DNA from: Eledone cirrhosa
Taxonomy: Eukaryota
Direction of reading: 5' to 3'
NCBI GenBank assembly: GCA_964016885.1
Contig: OZ024744.1
Coordinates: forward strand, 106,826,001-106,890,000
Length of the DNA: 64,000 nucleotides
Positions 24,001 to 38,191 of this stretch are shown here, one piece after another (position 1 is the stretch's first letter; every line of letters starts with the position of its first letter). The notes below the pieces were generated by a model, which was not told the origin of the DNA, did no database searches, and saw only the letters and a list, made by a program, of their open reading frames with translations. Made by a program: the position numbers and the translations under genes.

Positions 24001-25386
24001 TCCAGTGTGGCAACAGTCTAATGAGGGGAAACAGTAGAGTGGTGCTCCAGTGTGGCAACAGTCTAATGAGGAGAAACAGTAGAGTGGTGCTCCAGTATGG
24101 CAACAGTCTAATGAGGGGTAACAGTAGAGTGGTGCTCCAGTGTGGCAACAGTCTAATGAGGGGAAACAGTAGAGTGGTGTTCCAGTGTGGCAACAGTCTA
24201 ATGAGGGGAATCAGTAGAGTGGTGCTCCAGTGTGGCAACAGTCTAATGAGGGGAATCAGTAGAGTGGTGCTCCAGTGTGGCAACAGTCTAATGAGGGGAA
24301 TCAGTAGAGTGGTGCTCCAGTGTGGCAACAGTCTAATGAGGGGAAACAGTAGAGTGGTGCTCCAGTGTGGCAACAGTCTAATGAGGAGAAACAGTAGAGT
24401 GGTGCTCCAGTGTGGCAACAGTCTAATGAGGGGTAACAGTAGAGTGGTGCTCCAGTGTGGCAACAGTCTAATGAGGGGAAACAGTAGAGTGGTGTTCCAG
24501 TGTGGCAACAGTCTAATGAGGAGAAACAGTAGAGTGGTGCTCCAGTGTGGCAACAGTCTAATGAGGGGAATCAGTAGAGTGGTGCTCCAGTGTGGCAACA
24601 GTCTAATGAGGGGAATCAGTAGAGTGGTGTTCCAGTGTGGCAACAGTCTAATGAGGAGAAACAGTAGAGTGGTGCTCCAGTGTGGCAACAGTCTAATGAG
24701 GGGAATCAGTAGAGTGGTGCTCCAGTGTGGCAACAGTCTAATGAGGGGAATCAGTAGAGTGGTGCTCCAGTATGGCAACAGTCTAATGAGGAGAAACAGT
24801 AGAGTGGTGCTCCAGTGTGGCAACAGTCTAATGAGGGGAATCAGTAGAGTGGTGCTCCAGTGTGGCAACAGTCTAATGAGGGGAATCAGTAGAGTGGTGC
24901 TCCAGTGTGGCAACAGTCTAATGAGGGGAATCAGTAGAGTGGTGCTCCAGTGTGGCAACAGTCTAATGAGGGGAAACAGTAGAGTGGTGCTCCAGTGTGG
25001 CAACAGTCTAATGAGGGGAATCAGTAGAGTGGTGCTCCAGTGTGGCAACAGTCTAATGAGGGGAATCAGTAGAGTGGTGCTCCAGTGTGGCAACAGTCTA
25101 ATGAGGAGAAACAGTAGAGTGGTGTTCCAGTGTGGCAACAGTCTAATGAGGAGAAACAGTAGAGTGGTGCTCCAGTGTGGCAACAGTCTAATGAGGGGAA
25201 TCAGTAGAGTGGTGCTCCAGTGTGGCAACAGTCTAATGAGGGGAATCAGTAGAGTGGTGCTCCAGTGTGGCAACAGTCTAATGAGGAGAAACAGTAGAGT
25301 GGTGCTCCAGTGTGGCAACAGTCTAATGAGGGGAATCAGTAGAGTGGTGCTCCAGTGTGGCAACAGTCTAATGAGGGGAATCAGTA
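21047..25386. repeat. Minisatellite, 45-bp unit, about 96 copies
   Basis: Unit gaggagaaacagtagagtggtgctccagtgtggcaacagtctaat; single 4-bp insertion at about 23251. Confidence 0.97.
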
Positions 25387-25409
25387 CAATAATAAAAGAA
25401 ATCTCTTAC

Positions 25410-25568
25410 CTTTGTTCCACACATGAAAACAGAATCAGTGTGGATAATGACAGAAGACTTTTTGATGTTGATAGCTGTCTCAGGTAAGTTGAATCTGTCA
25501 GGATTACAACCGAGTACTCCTATCATTAATGATGATGTCCACTTCGCATTGATTTTATCAATTTTAAT
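25410..25568 (-). CDS. NEURL4: NEURL4 exon (NHR6), absent from the ORF track
   Basis: Manual translation IKIDKINAKWTSSLMIGVLGCNPDRFNLPETAINIKKSSVIIHTDSVFMCGTK. Acceptor tttgttag, donor gtaaga; 159 bp. Confidence 0.9.
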
Positions 25569-25636
25569 CTAACAAACAAAAGATAAATTAATCATTATCA
25601 CATACCACAATTTATTTCTTCTACGTAAAAAAGGGA

Positions 25637-27002
25637 AAAGAAACAATGTTTCCATTGGTCTTTCCATTACTGATACTATCTGTCAGGTACAACTCCTGGC
25701 AGAAGAAAGGAGCTGATCATCAGATCAGACCAAAGAAACAATGTTTCCATTGGTCTTTCCATTACTGATACTATCTGTCAGTCACAACTCCTGGCAGTAG
25801 AAAGGAGCTGATCATCAGATCAGACCAAAGAAACAATGTTTCCATTGGTCTTTCCATTACTGATACTATCTGTCAGTCACAACTCCTGGCAGAAGAAAGG
25901 AGCTGATCATCAGATCAGACCAAAGAAACAATGTTTCTATTAGTCTTTCCATTACTGATACTATCTGTCAGGTACAACTCCTGGCAGAAGAAAGGAGCTG
26001 ATCATCAGATCAGACCAAAGAAACAATGTTTCCATTGGTCTTTCCATTACTGATACTATCTGTCAGTCACAACTCCTGGCAGAAGAAAGGAGCTGATCAT
26101 CAGATCAGACCAAAGAAACAATGTTTCTATTAGTCTTTCCATTACTGATACTATCTGTCAGTCACAACTCCTGGCAGAAGAAAGGAGCTGATCATCAGAT
26201 CAGACCAAAGAAACAATGTTTCCTTTAGTCTTTCCATTACTGATACTATCTGTCAGTCACAACTCCTGGCAGTAGAAAGGAGCTGATCATCAGATCAGAC
26301 CAAAGAAACAATGTTTCCTTTATCTTTCCATTACTGATACTATCTGTCAGTCACAACTCCTGGCAGTAGAAAGGAGCTGATCATCAGATCAGACCAAAGA
26401 AACAATGTTTCCTTTAGTCTTTCCATTACTGATACTATCTGTCAGTCACAACTCCTGGCAGAAGAAAGGAGCTGATCATCAGATCAGACCAAAGAAACAA
26501 TGTTTCCATTGGTCTTTCCATTACTGATACTATCTGTCAGTCACAACTCCTGGCAGTAGAAAGGAGCTGATCATCAGATCAGACCAAAGAAACAATGTTT
26601 CCTTTATCTTTCCATTACTGATACTATCTGTCAGTCACAACTCCTGGCAGTAGAAAGGAGCTGATCATCAGATCAGACCAAAGAAACAATGTTTCCTTTA
26701 GTCTTTCCATTACTGATACTATCTGTCAGTCACAACTCCTGGCAGAAGAAAGGAGCTGATCATCAGATCAGACCAAAGAAACAATGTTTCCTTTAGTCTT
26801 TCCATTACTGATACTATCTGTCAGTCACAACTCCTGGCAGTAGAAAGGAGCTGATCATCAGATCAGACCAAAGAAACAATGTTTCCATTAGTCTTTCCAT
26901 TACTGATACTTTCTGTCTGTCACAACTCCTGGCAGTAGAAAGGAGCTGATCATCAGATCAGATCAAAGAAACAATGTTTCCATTAGTCTTTCCATTACTG
27001 AT
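25637..27002. repeat. Tandem repeat, 95-bp unit, about 14 copies
   Basis: aaacaatgtt recurs at 25641, 25736, 25831 and so on. Confidence 0.96.
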
Positions 27003-27359
27003 GAATGGGTTAGACAGGTTGTCATGTAATGAGACATGTCAGATTAGGTGACTGTCTTGCTCATATGGAACTATTTCCTGCTTGGTTTCTATGGCTGCAT
27101 GCCCTTCTTAATCCCAACCACATTACAGTGTAGACTGTGTCCTTTTTATTGTCATCAGCATGACCATCTGACAGTGTGGACTGAGTGCTTTTTATTGTCA
27201 TCAGACCAAGGAAATAATGTTTCCATTGCTGATAGTCAGTTGTTATTCAAACTTTCTGACACCCCTGATAGGTTGTAGGAGCACATCTTCTCCTAAACTG
27301 GCTTTATTTAATAACAAACAAGTTGAAACTAATAGAAAATGTTGAAAGATTGATTTCAC

Positions 27360-27533
27360 CTGTAGTAGATAGTTACGTGTCAACGACCTTCTAGTAAGAA
27401 CAATTGCATGGTTGTAACTGGTTGTACGATGGGCTGACATATTCTCATTTGATAATGTTACATTTTTGCCATGGTTCCCATGGAAATCTACATTAAATAC
27501 CTCGGCTGTGTCTTCATCTTGATCTCCATCCAC
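27360..27533 (-). CDS. NEURL4: NEURL4 exon (start of NHR6)
   Basis: VDFHGNHGKNVTLSNENMSAHRTTSYNHAIVL. Acceptor gtgttag, donor gtgaaa. Confidence 0.92.
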
Positions 27534-27920
27534 CTAACACACAAACAAACAAAATATTCAAATTCAATGATTTTGATATGAAACAGTCTGTAAAATGGCT
27601 AGAATTGACCTTACATGATTATAACATTTCTATATTATATGATTGATTTAGTGAACCATAATATGAGAGGTTACAGGTTTCCACAAGTTCAATTACTGCT
27701 ACTTATAGATAAAAATGTCTGTGTAAATTGTTGTGTAATTAATACAACAGGCCATCAGTTTATCATCAATTTTCTTGGCAGTGAGGAGGATGGGGGAGGG
27801 ATGTTCCCATAACCTATTTCAGGGCCTCCAACATTAGCAGAAGTAGCTGCAACAGCAGCAGTAGCAGCAGTAGTAGTAGTAGCAATAGCAGCAACATTGT
27901 TGTTACAGCTCACACCTATG

Positions 27921-29651
27921 TAGGTTTAGCTGGTTCCAACAAGGTTGTATCTCATAGGTTTAGCTATCCTCCTACAAGGTTGTATCTCAAAGGTTTAGTT
28001 GGCCTCCTACAAGGTTGTATCTCAAAGGTTTAGTTGGCCTCCTACGAGGTTATATCTCAAAGGTTTAGCTATCCTCCAACAAGGTTATATCTCAAAGGTT
28101 TAGCTATCCTCCTACAAGGTTGTATCTCATAGGTTTAGTTGGCCTCCTACAAGATTGTATCTCAAAGGTTTAGCTATCCTCCTACAAGGTTGTATCTCAA
28201 AGGTTTAGTTGGCCTCCTACAAGGTTGTATCTTATAGGTTTAGTTGGCCTCCTACAAAGTTGTATCTTATAGGTTTAGTTGGCCTCCTACAAGATTGTAT
28301 CTCATAGGTTTAGTTGGCCTCCTACGAGGTTATATCTCAAAGGTTTAGCTATCCTCCAACAAGGTTGTATCTCAAAGGTTTAGCTATCCTCCTACAAGGT
28401 TGTATCTCATAGGTTTAGTTGGCCTCCTACAAGGTTGTATCTCATAGGTTTAGTTGGCCTCCTACAAGGTTGTATCTTATAGGTTTAGTTGGCCTCCTAC
28501 AAGGTTGTATCTTATAGGTTTAGTTGGCCTCCTACAAGGTTGTATCTCATAGGTTTAGCTATCCTCCTACAAGGTTGTATCTCATAGGTTTAGTTGGCCT
28601 CCTACAAGGTTGTATCTTATAGGTTTAGTTGGCCTCCTACAAGGTTGTATCTTATAGGTTTAGTTGGCCTCCTACAAGGTTGTATCTCATAGGTTTAGTT
28701 GGCCTCCTACAAGGTTGTATCTCATAGGTTTAGCTAGCCTCCTACAAGGTTGTATCGCATAGGTTTAGTTGGACTCCTACAAGGTTGTATCGCATAGGTT
28801 TAGTTGGACTCCTACAAGGTTGTATCTCATAGGTTTAGTTGGCCTCCTACAAGGTTGTATCTCATAGGTTTAGTTGGCCTCCTACAAGGTTGTATCTCAT
28901 AGGTTTAGTTGGCCTCCTACAAGGTTGTATCTTATAGGTTTAGTTGGCCTCCTACAAGGTTGTATCTCATAGGTTTAGCTATCCTCCTACAAGGTTGTAT
29001 CTCATAGGTTTAGTTGGCCTCCTACAAGGTTGTATCTTATAGGTTTAGTTGGCCTCCTACAAGGTTGTATCTCATAGGTTTAGTTGGCCTCCTACAAGGT
29101 TGTATCTTATAGGTTTAGTTGGACTCCTACAAGGTTGTATCTCATAGGTTTAGTTGGCCTCCTACAAGGTTGTATCTCATAGGTTTAGTTGGCCTCCTAC
29201 AAGGATGTATCTCATAGGTTTAGTTGGCCTCCTACAAGGTTGTATCTTAAAGGTTTAGCTATCCTCCTACAAGGTTGTATCTCATAGGTTTAGTTGGCCT
29301 CCTACAAGGTTGTATCTCATAGGTTTAGTTGGCCTCCTACAAGGTTGTATCTCATAGGTTTAGCTATCCTCCTACAAGGTTGTATCTCAAAGGTTTAGCT
29401 ATCCTCCTACAAGGTTGTATCTCAAAGGTTTAGCTATCCTCCTACAAGGTTGTATCTCATAGGTTTAGTTGGCCTCCTACAAGGTTGTATCTCAAAGGTT
29501 TAGCTATCCTCCTACAAGGTTGTATCTCAAAGGTTTAGCTATCCTCCAACAAGGTTGTATCTCATAGGTTTAGTTGGCCTCCTACAAGGTTGTATCTCAT
29601 AGGTTTAGCTATCCTCCTACAAGGTTGTATCTCATAGGTTTAGTTGGCCTT
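27921..29651. repeat. Minisatellite, 35-bp unit, about 49 copies
   Basis: Unit aaggttgtatctcataggtttagttggcctcctac. Confidence 0.96.
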
Positions 29652-29971
29652 GTATGAGGGATCCCAGTCAGATCATCAAACAATTCTCCTTGCTGAACAA
29701 GATGACAGTCCATTGTGAGGGTTAACCCCAGCTGCTGTTGGTACTAATGTTTTCAGCTGAGTCAATATGAATAACATGAAGTGACTTTCTCAAGAACACA
29801 ACAGTTTTTTCACTCCAGGAATCAAACTCATAGCCTTATAGTTGTGAGTTCAACACCCCAACCACTAGGCCATGAAGTATATAGTCAATTCTAAAATTTG
29901 GTAAAAAAGATTTTTTATTACTCCAGTAAAAATATATTAAAGTGAAAGATAGCATTGAAAAATATATTTAC

Positions 29972-30109
29972 CTCACATGGGCATTTCCCAGCTGTAGGTG
30001 GTAATGAAGCAGGTGTTGGAATACAGCTGGAATTACTGTCTGTTAAGGCTCTACTTACAACAGAAATACTTTCAGTTTGACCATACAAGTCTATCACAGC
30101 AAACACATT
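29972..30109 (-). CDS. NEURL4: NEURL4 exon (end of NHR5 plus linker)
   Basis: NVFAVIDLYGQTESISVVS. Acceptor ttctag, donor gtaaat. Confidence 0.92.
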
Positions 30110-30384
30110 CTAGAATTTTAAAAGAATTGAGGTTTAAATTAATTTTCAATTACAGGTTTTGATAACATATAATATGTAACATATAAGATATAACATATAA
30201 TATGTAAGATATAAGATATAATATGTAACATATAAGATCCAAAGTCATATGACACTCGACTACTATTATTTCAGTGTGAAATTAAATGTTTGTATAATTA
30301 TGTAACAAAAGCTCAACAGAAAGGAAAGTTAGAAGAACCTATAAGTAGTTAACAGGAAATATATATATATATATATATAAATAT

Positions 30385-30453
<69 letters not shown>

Positions 30454-30764
30454 ACATTTCATAAAAACATGACACCCATAGAGATGACAATACTGGTAAA
30501 TCAGAAAACCACAGGCAGCAATGTCCTCCATTAGGTATGTGATAATAAACAAATTAAAATGTTTATATTTATCTAAAAACTCTCCATCATAATTTTATGT
30601 AAGAACCTTTGTTAAGTTATGTTCCAAACACCAGCTTAATGATGAGAAAGTTTGTTATATTATCAAACCCTTCCTAAATGGTTTGCAAATCATAGACAAT
30701 GTTTTTCATTAGAAATATAGTGATGAGGGGTTAAAACCTCATCACCACCAGGTTCCTCTTCAAA

Positions 30765-30906
30765 TCTCAAGCTATAACAAGGTGTCACCTATATACACCT
30801 GTCTCAAGCTATAACAAGGTGTCACCTATATATACCTGTCTCAAGCTATAACAAGGTGTCACCTATATATACCTGTCTCAAGCCATAACAAGGTGCCACC
30901 TATATA
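30765..30906. repeat. Short tandem repeat, about 37-bp unit, about 4 copies
   Basis: tctcaagctataacaaggtgtcacctatatatacctg repeated. Confidence 0.85.
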
Positions 30907-31437
30907 TATATATACCAGTCTCCCCTCTCTATGACACTGATGTTGTCCTAGGGAAAGGAAAAGACTGATACAGCTTGGAACCAGTGTCATTGCAACTCAA
31001 TATAAATATAACATAAATGTTTGATACTATATATATATCTATATTGTTATATTGCCAGAAATAATAATAAAACACACTCACTGTTTGGTTTGGATTGGTT
31101 TTCACTTTTGTATATTTTATATCTCTATAGTTAATTTAGCTTCAATCAATGTTTATCATTGATTGACCAATAGTTAAAAATATATATATATATATATAAA
31201 TGGAAAAGAATGAAACGAAATTTCATTTCTCACTCTTAGTACGGCTGATACTTAAATGTAAGTATGTACACATACATACATATATGTATACAGACGTACA
31301 GTAGTATGTATATATATATACATACATGCACACATATATATATGTACGTATGGGTTTACCGAACATTTATTATAATGTTAATATGCATAAGAAAAGTATA
31401 TACTTTCAGACGTTCAATCATCTGGCAGTACGGTATA

Positions 31438-31478
31438 CGATGCTGACGATAGCTAATAAGCTTGAAACTAGTACATTG
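31438..31478 (+). ncRNA. Minimal type I hammerhead ribozyme motif
   Basis: CGATG-CTGACGA-T AGCT aata AGCT T-GAA-ACTAGT-A-CATTG, with palindromic stem III ACTAGT. Confidence 0.72.
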
Positions 31479-31835
31479 TTCCTGTGTCAGTGTTGAACAA
31501 AATGGCGATGATGGTTGCCTGAACACTGTACGGCGATATTCGGGCTGTTTGTTTGTTTACAAACAAACAAACCGAGCATTATAATAAATGTTCGGTAAAC
31601 CCGTACGTACATATGTATATGTGTGCATGTATGTATATATATACATACTACTGTACGTCTGTATACATATATATATATATATATATAAATGTCAAAAAGA
31701 AAGACAAAGATTTATGCAGCTTGGACCTAGTGTCATTGTAACTCATATATACACTATATATATAGTGTATAGAGGTAGAACACTGGGAGGTAATATCATA
31801 AGTGGTAGAGCACTCAGTCCATGGGACTATTATCA

Positions 31836-32163
31836 TTTCATTTTACGTCCGCTTTTTCCCTGCTTGCAAGGGTGGGACGGGAACTGATTCTGGCTTGATT
31901 TCTACAGCTGGATGCCCTTCCTAACACCAACCTCATTTACAGTGAGTGCTGGGTGCTTTTTTTCGTGGCACCTACACATCCACTTTGCAGTGGAATGATA
32001 GGGACCCCAGTCCCTATCATCTCATTTCTACAGCTGAGTAAACTGGAGCAATGTGAAATAAAGTGTCTTGCTCAAGGAAACAACACATCACCTGGTCTGA
32101 GAATTGAACTCACAACCTTTCGATTGCAAGGCCAATGCTCTAACCACTAAGCCATGTGCCTCC
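31836..32163 (-). mobile_element. tRNA-derived SINE, same family as 15300
   Basis: Near-identical to 15300-15632. Confidence 0.85.
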
Positions 32164-32699
32164 ATCTATATAGGGTATATATATATATAAGTGTGTGTGT
32201 GTGTATATATATATACTGTTATCTAAGTAAAGACAAAGTCTGATACAGTTTTGCACCAGAGTCATAGCAAGTTATTTTTTCCAGATGTGCGAACAGAAGC
32301 AATGTGAGATAAAGTGTCTTGCTCAAGGACTCAATTCACCACCTGATCCTGGAATCAAACTCACAACCTTTTGATTGTGAATCCAGCACCCTAACATTCA
32401 ACATATCATTCGTTCAGCCTTGATAATCATCCTTTCTCCCAAATACAGCAAGGTATTTTGTCTATACGCTTCGTAGGACAGGTGTTTTTATATTCTATTA
32501 TAACTATTATTATTACTCCTAATGTTATAACTATTATTATTACTCCTTGCCATTCTGAGTTCAAATCCCGCCGAGGTTAACTTTGCCTTTCATCCTTACG
32601 GGGTCGATAAAATAAAGTACCAGTAATACACTGGGTAATTGCTGGCCTTGTGCCTAACATAGAAACAATTATTACTCCTAATGTTTTTTGTTCTGGCAG

Positions 32700-35600
32700 A
32701 TGTTATACAGACACTATACCAAAAGAGTGGTTCAGAGCAAATGGCCAAAGGTTCTTTGGGTCATTCCTTCTCCTTCAACTTTCCAACACCCTCCTTAGAA
32801 TCCTTGCTGCTCCAAACAAGGATGTTTTCTGCAACAATCCTGTCCTAATGGTAATTCCTAGCTTCTCAAACCATATATATCAAACTTTCTACTAACTGTA
32901 CCCAGTGTACCAACCACAATCGGTACCACTTCTACATGTCTGATTCTCCATAGTTACTTTATTAAATGTTATTTTCATCATTACACAGTGTTGATGTTAA
33001 CTACCGGTATTTCTCTCTTCTTACCATCAGGCTTCATCTCGGAGCTTAAGATGATAACTTTTACTTTATAGTCTTCTAGATGGTATCCAACACTTTTCAA
33101 ATTATTCTGGCAGAACCAAGTAGGCAGGCTTTTTGTACAGGCTCTATAGCAAGATCAAATACAATTTATTACAAATTTTTTGTAAGATTGTCTGTACCCA
33201 TCCCAGGGCTCCTATAATTACTGGTACCTATATTACCTTATTCTCTTCACCCCACCATACCTTCAGAACTTCATATTTGAGATCATTGTAGTAGTTTTTC
33301 TTTTCTCTTTCTATATCTGTTATTCTCGTGTCAAAAGGTCCACATCTCTAATAAAACATTTCCTTTCTTTCCTGAGTATCACAACTATGTCTGGTTTGTT
33401 GTTATTAACCTGAGTATCACAACTATTTCAGGTTTGTTGTTATTAACCTGAGTATCACAACTATTTCTGGTTTGTTGTTATTAACCTGAGTATCACAACT
33501 ATTTCTGGTCTGTTGTTATTAACCTGAGTATCACAACTATTTCAGGTTTGTTGTTATTAACCTGAGTATCACAACTATTTCAGGTTTGTTGTTATTAACC
33601 TGAGTATCACAACTATTTCTGGTTTGTTGTTATTAACCTGAGTATCACAACTATTTCTGGTCTGTTGTTATTAACCTGAGTATCACAACTATTTCAGGTT
33701 TGTTGTTATTAACCTGAGTATCACAACTATTTCAGGTTTGTTGTTATTAACCTGAGTATTACAACTATTTCAGGTTTGTTGTTACTAACCTGAGTATCAC
33801 AACTATTTCTGGTTTGTTGTTATTAACCTGAGTATTACAACTATTTCAGGTTTGTTGTTACTAACCTCAGTATCACAACTATTTCTGGTTTGTTGTTATT
33901 AACCTGAGTATCACAACTATTTCAGGTTTGTTGTTATTAACCTCAGTATCACAACTATTTCTGGTTTGTTGTTATTAACCTGAGTATCACAACTATTTCT
34001 GGTTTGTTGTTATTAACCTGAGTATCACAACTATTTCAGGTTTGTTGTTATTAACCTCAGTATCACAACTATTTCTGGTTTGTTGTTATTAACCTGAGTA
34101 TCACAACTATTTCAGGTTTGTTGTTATTAACCTCAGTATCACAACTATTTCTGGTTTGTTGTTATTAACCTCAGTATCACAACTATTTCAGGTTTGTTGT
34201 TATTAACCTCAGTATCACAACTATATCAGGTTTGTTGTTATTAACCTCAGTATCACAACTATTTCTGGTTTGTTGTTATTAACCTCAGTATCACAACTAT
34301 TTCAGGTTTGTTGTTATTAACCTCAGTATCACAACTATTTCTGGTTTGTTGTTATTAACCTGAGTATCACAACTATTTCAGGTTTGTTGTTATTAACCTG
34401 AGTATCACAACTATGTCTGGTTTGTTGTTATTAACCTGAGTATCACAACTATTTCAGGTTTGTTGTTATTAACCTGAGTATCACAACTATTTCTGGTTTG
34501 TTGTTATTAACCTGAGTATCACAACTATTTCTGGTCTGTTGTTATTAACCTGAGTATCACAACTATTTCAGGTTTGTTGTTATTAACCTGAGTATCACAA
34601 CTATTTCAGGTTTGTTGTTATTAACCTGAGTATTACAACTATTTCAGGTTTGTTGTTACTAACCTGAGTATCACAACTATTTCTGGTTTGTTGTTATTAA
34701 CCTGAGTATTACAACTATTTCAGGTTTGTTGTTACTAACCTCAGTATCACAACTATTTCTGGTTTGTTGTTATTAACCTGAGTATCACAACTATTTCAGG
34801 TTTGTTGTTATTAACCTCAGTATCACAACTATTTCTGGTTTGTTGTTATTAACCTGAGTATCACAACTATTTCTGGTTTGTTGTTATTAACCTGAGTATC
34901 ACAACTATTTCAGGTTTGTTGTTATTAACCTCAGTATCACAACTATTTCTGGTTTGTTGTTATTAACCTGAGTATCACAACTATTTCAGGTTTGTTGTTA
35001 TTAACCTCAGTATCACAACTATTTCTGGTTTGTTGTTATTAACCTCAGTATCACAACTATTTCAGGTTTGTTGTTATTAACCTCAGTATCACAACTATAT
35101 CAGGTTTGTTGTTATTAACCTCAGTATCACAACTATTTCTGGTTTGTTGTTATTAACCTCAGTATCACAACTATTTCAGGTTTGTTGTTATTAACCTCAG
35201 TATCACAACTATTTCTGGTTTGTTGTTATTAACCTGAGTATCACAACTATTTCAGGTTTGTTGTTACTAACCTGAGTATCACAACTATGTCTGGTTTGTT
35301 GTTATTAACCTGAGTATCACAACTATTTCTGGTTTGTTGTTATTAACCTGAGTATCACAACTATTTCTGGTTTGTTGTTATTAACCTGAGTATCACAACT
35401 ATTTCAGGTTTGTTGTTATTAACCTGAGTATCACAACTATTTCAGGTTTGTTGTTATTAACCTCAGTATCACAACTATTTCTGGTTTGTTGTTATTAACC
35501 TGAGTATCACAACTATTTCAGGTTTGTTGTTATTAACCTCAGTATCACAACTATTTCTGGTTTGTTGTTATTAACCTGAGTATCACAACTATTTCAGGTT

Positions 35601-37330
35601 TGTTGTTATTAACCTGAGTATCACAACTATTTCAGGTTTGTTGTTATTAACCTCAGTATCACAACTATTTCTAGTTTGTTGTTATTAACCTGAGTATCAC
35701 AACTATTTCAGGTTTGTTGTTATTAACCTCAGTATCACAACTATTTCTGGTTTGTTGTTATTAACCTGAGTATCACAACTATTTCTGGTTTGTTGTTATT
35801 AACCTGAGTATCACAACTATTTCTGGTTTGTTGTTATTAACCTGAGTATCACAACTATTTCTGGTTTGTTGTTATTAACCTGAGTATCACAACTATGTCA
35901 GGTTTGTTGTTATTAACCTGAGTATCACAACTATTTCTGGTTTGTTGTTATTAACCTGAGTATCACAACTATTTCTGGTTTGTTGTTATTAACCTGAGTA
36001 TCACAACTATTTCTGGTTTGTTATTACTAACCTGAGAATCACAACTATTTCAGGTTTGTTGTTATTAACCTGAGTATCACAACTATTTCTGGTTTGTTGT
36101 TATTAACCTGAGTATCACAACTATTTCAGGTTTGTTGGTATTAACCTGAGTATCACAACTATGTCTGGTTTGTTGTTATTAACCTGAGTATCACAACTAT
36201 GTCTGGTTTGTTGTTATTAACCTGAGTATCACAACTATTTCTGGTTTGTTATTACTAACCTGAGAATCACAACTATTTCAGGTTTGTTGTTATTAACCTG
36301 AGAATCACAACTATTTCTGGTTTGTTGTTATTAACCTGAGTATCACAACTATTTCAGGTTTGTTGTTATTAACCTCAGTATCACAACTATTTCAGGTTTT
36401 TTGTTATTAACCTCAGTATCACAACTATTTCTGGTTTGTTGTTATTAACCTCAGTATCACAACTATTTCTGGTTTGTTGTTATTAACCTGAGTATCACAA
36501 CTATTTCTGGTTTGTTGTTATTAACCTGAGTATCACAACTATGTCTGGTTTGTTGTTATTAACCTGAGTATCACAACTATTTCTGGTTTGTTGTGATCAA
36601 TCTTTGTTTCCATTTCTATTGTAATATCCCACAGAATCTTGACTTCATCATTTTCCAGCACTTCTCTTTTGTTATAAAGTGATCATACCATTTTCTATTA
36701 CAGTTGAACCCCAACTTTTTACATAATCACCAATGTATAACTGCTGCCACATTATCGTGTCACCATGTTTTGTATTCATTCTGAGACAATATGGCTAATT
36801 ATCTCATTTACCTTCCCACACATCCTACACAGTGGTGAGGTGATCACCTTGTCCACATTAACTTTGTTCTAATGAGTTCTTACTTCCTGGTCCTGGACTG
36901 CCAGAATCAAACCCTCTCTCCCCTTTCAAGGGACCTCATAGTACCCATGCCTGTCATTATCATTTCTGACAGCCCTTGTGTTTACTTCATAAGCTGAGTG
37001 TAATGGTTTCACTTCAAATCTGGCTTTCCGTTCTCTGGCTATTTCGACTTTCTTTATTGTGACTCTCCCTTTCCATCACAGATTCCTTCTTTTATGACCT
37101 CCTTAAACAATTGTTATTTATTTTTCCCCTAGATACTCACCCAAGCTCTCTTTCTCCACTGAAACCATCCCCTCACCACTGATCAGTCCATTCCCATAGA
37201 GTCACTCAACGTCAGCCCAGGGCTGTAAGCCTCAATATATATTCATTATCTTTCTTGTCTTTCTACCTATGTTTTTCAGTTCATCAACCGTCCAGTTGAT
37301 TCCAGCACCATATCTTCCTACAGACCCAGC
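32700..37330 (-). mobile_element. REL-endonuclease LINE remnants (two 3' ends), interrupted by a 38-bp array
   Basis: Minus strand RYGAGINWTVDELKNIGRKTRKIM; CRMCG; KILWDITIEMETKIDHNKPEIVV [array] ...LKYEVLKVWWG..VILVPVIIGALG; second tail VVPIVVGTLGTV...LQKTSLLGAARILRRVL. Confidence 0.75.
33372..36593. repeat. Minisatellite, 38-bp unit, about 85 copies
   Basis: Unit ctgagtatcacaactatttctggtttgttgttattaac. Confidence 0.97.
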
Positions 37331-37360
37331 TCCAGAGTTCGTTGCTGTTATCATGTTTCT

Positions 37361-37769
37361 AGTAGTAGTAATAGTGGTGGTTGTGGTGTTGGTGATGGTG
37401 GTAGTAGTAATAGTAGTGGTGGTGGTGGTGGTGGTAGTAACAGCAGTAGTAGTAGTAGAGTTCATTGCTGTTATCATGTTTCTAGTAGTAGTAGTAGTAG
37501 TGGTGGTGGTGGTTGTGGTGGTGATGGTGGTAGTAGTAAAAGTAGTAGTAATAGTGGTGGTGGTGGTGGTGTTAGTGGCAGCAGTAGTAGTAATAGTAGT
37601 AGTAGTAGTAGTAGTAGCAACAGCAGCATCAGTAGTAGTAGTAGTAGTAGTGCTAGTAATAGTGATAGTAGTACTGATAGTAGTAGTAGTGATGTAGTAA
37701 TAGTAGTAGTAGTGATGTAGTAATAGTAGTAGTACTGATAGTAGTAGTAGTAGTAGTGATAGTAGTAAC

Positions 37770-37821
<52 letters not shown>

Positions 37822-37822
37822 A

Positions 37823-37869
<47 letters not shown>

Positions 37870-37895
37870 ATAGTGATAGTAGTAACAGTAGTAAC

Positions 37896-37935
<40 letters not shown>

Positions 37936-37936
37936 A

Positions 37937-37983
<47 letters not shown>

Positions 37984-38000
37984 ATAGTGACAGTAGTAAC

Positions 38001-38040
<40 letters not shown>

Positions 38041-38057
38041 ATAGTGACAGTAGTAAC

Positions 38058-38103
<46 letters not shown>

Positions 38104-38127
38104 ACAGTAGTAGTAGTAGTAGTAGTG
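37361..38127. repeat. (GTA)n/(GTG)n trinucleotide microsatellite
   Basis: Long imperfect gtagtagta run. Confidence 0.95.
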
Positions 38128-38191
38128 GAAGGAAGGAGGGAGGGAGAAGAGAAGGAGGGAGGGATAAACTAGTTTATGAGAGGTACATTAC

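Noticed and set aside
18943-25487. Long ORFs of 430-756 aa in the 29-bp and 45-bp arrays
   Set aside because: Pure translations of tandem units in several frames and strands, inside an intron; no domain evidence.
25637-27002. CTGATGA...GAAAC on the minus strand of the 95-bp unit, as a possible tandem ribozyme satellite
   Set aside because: I could not form stem I or a stem II adjacent to the cores.
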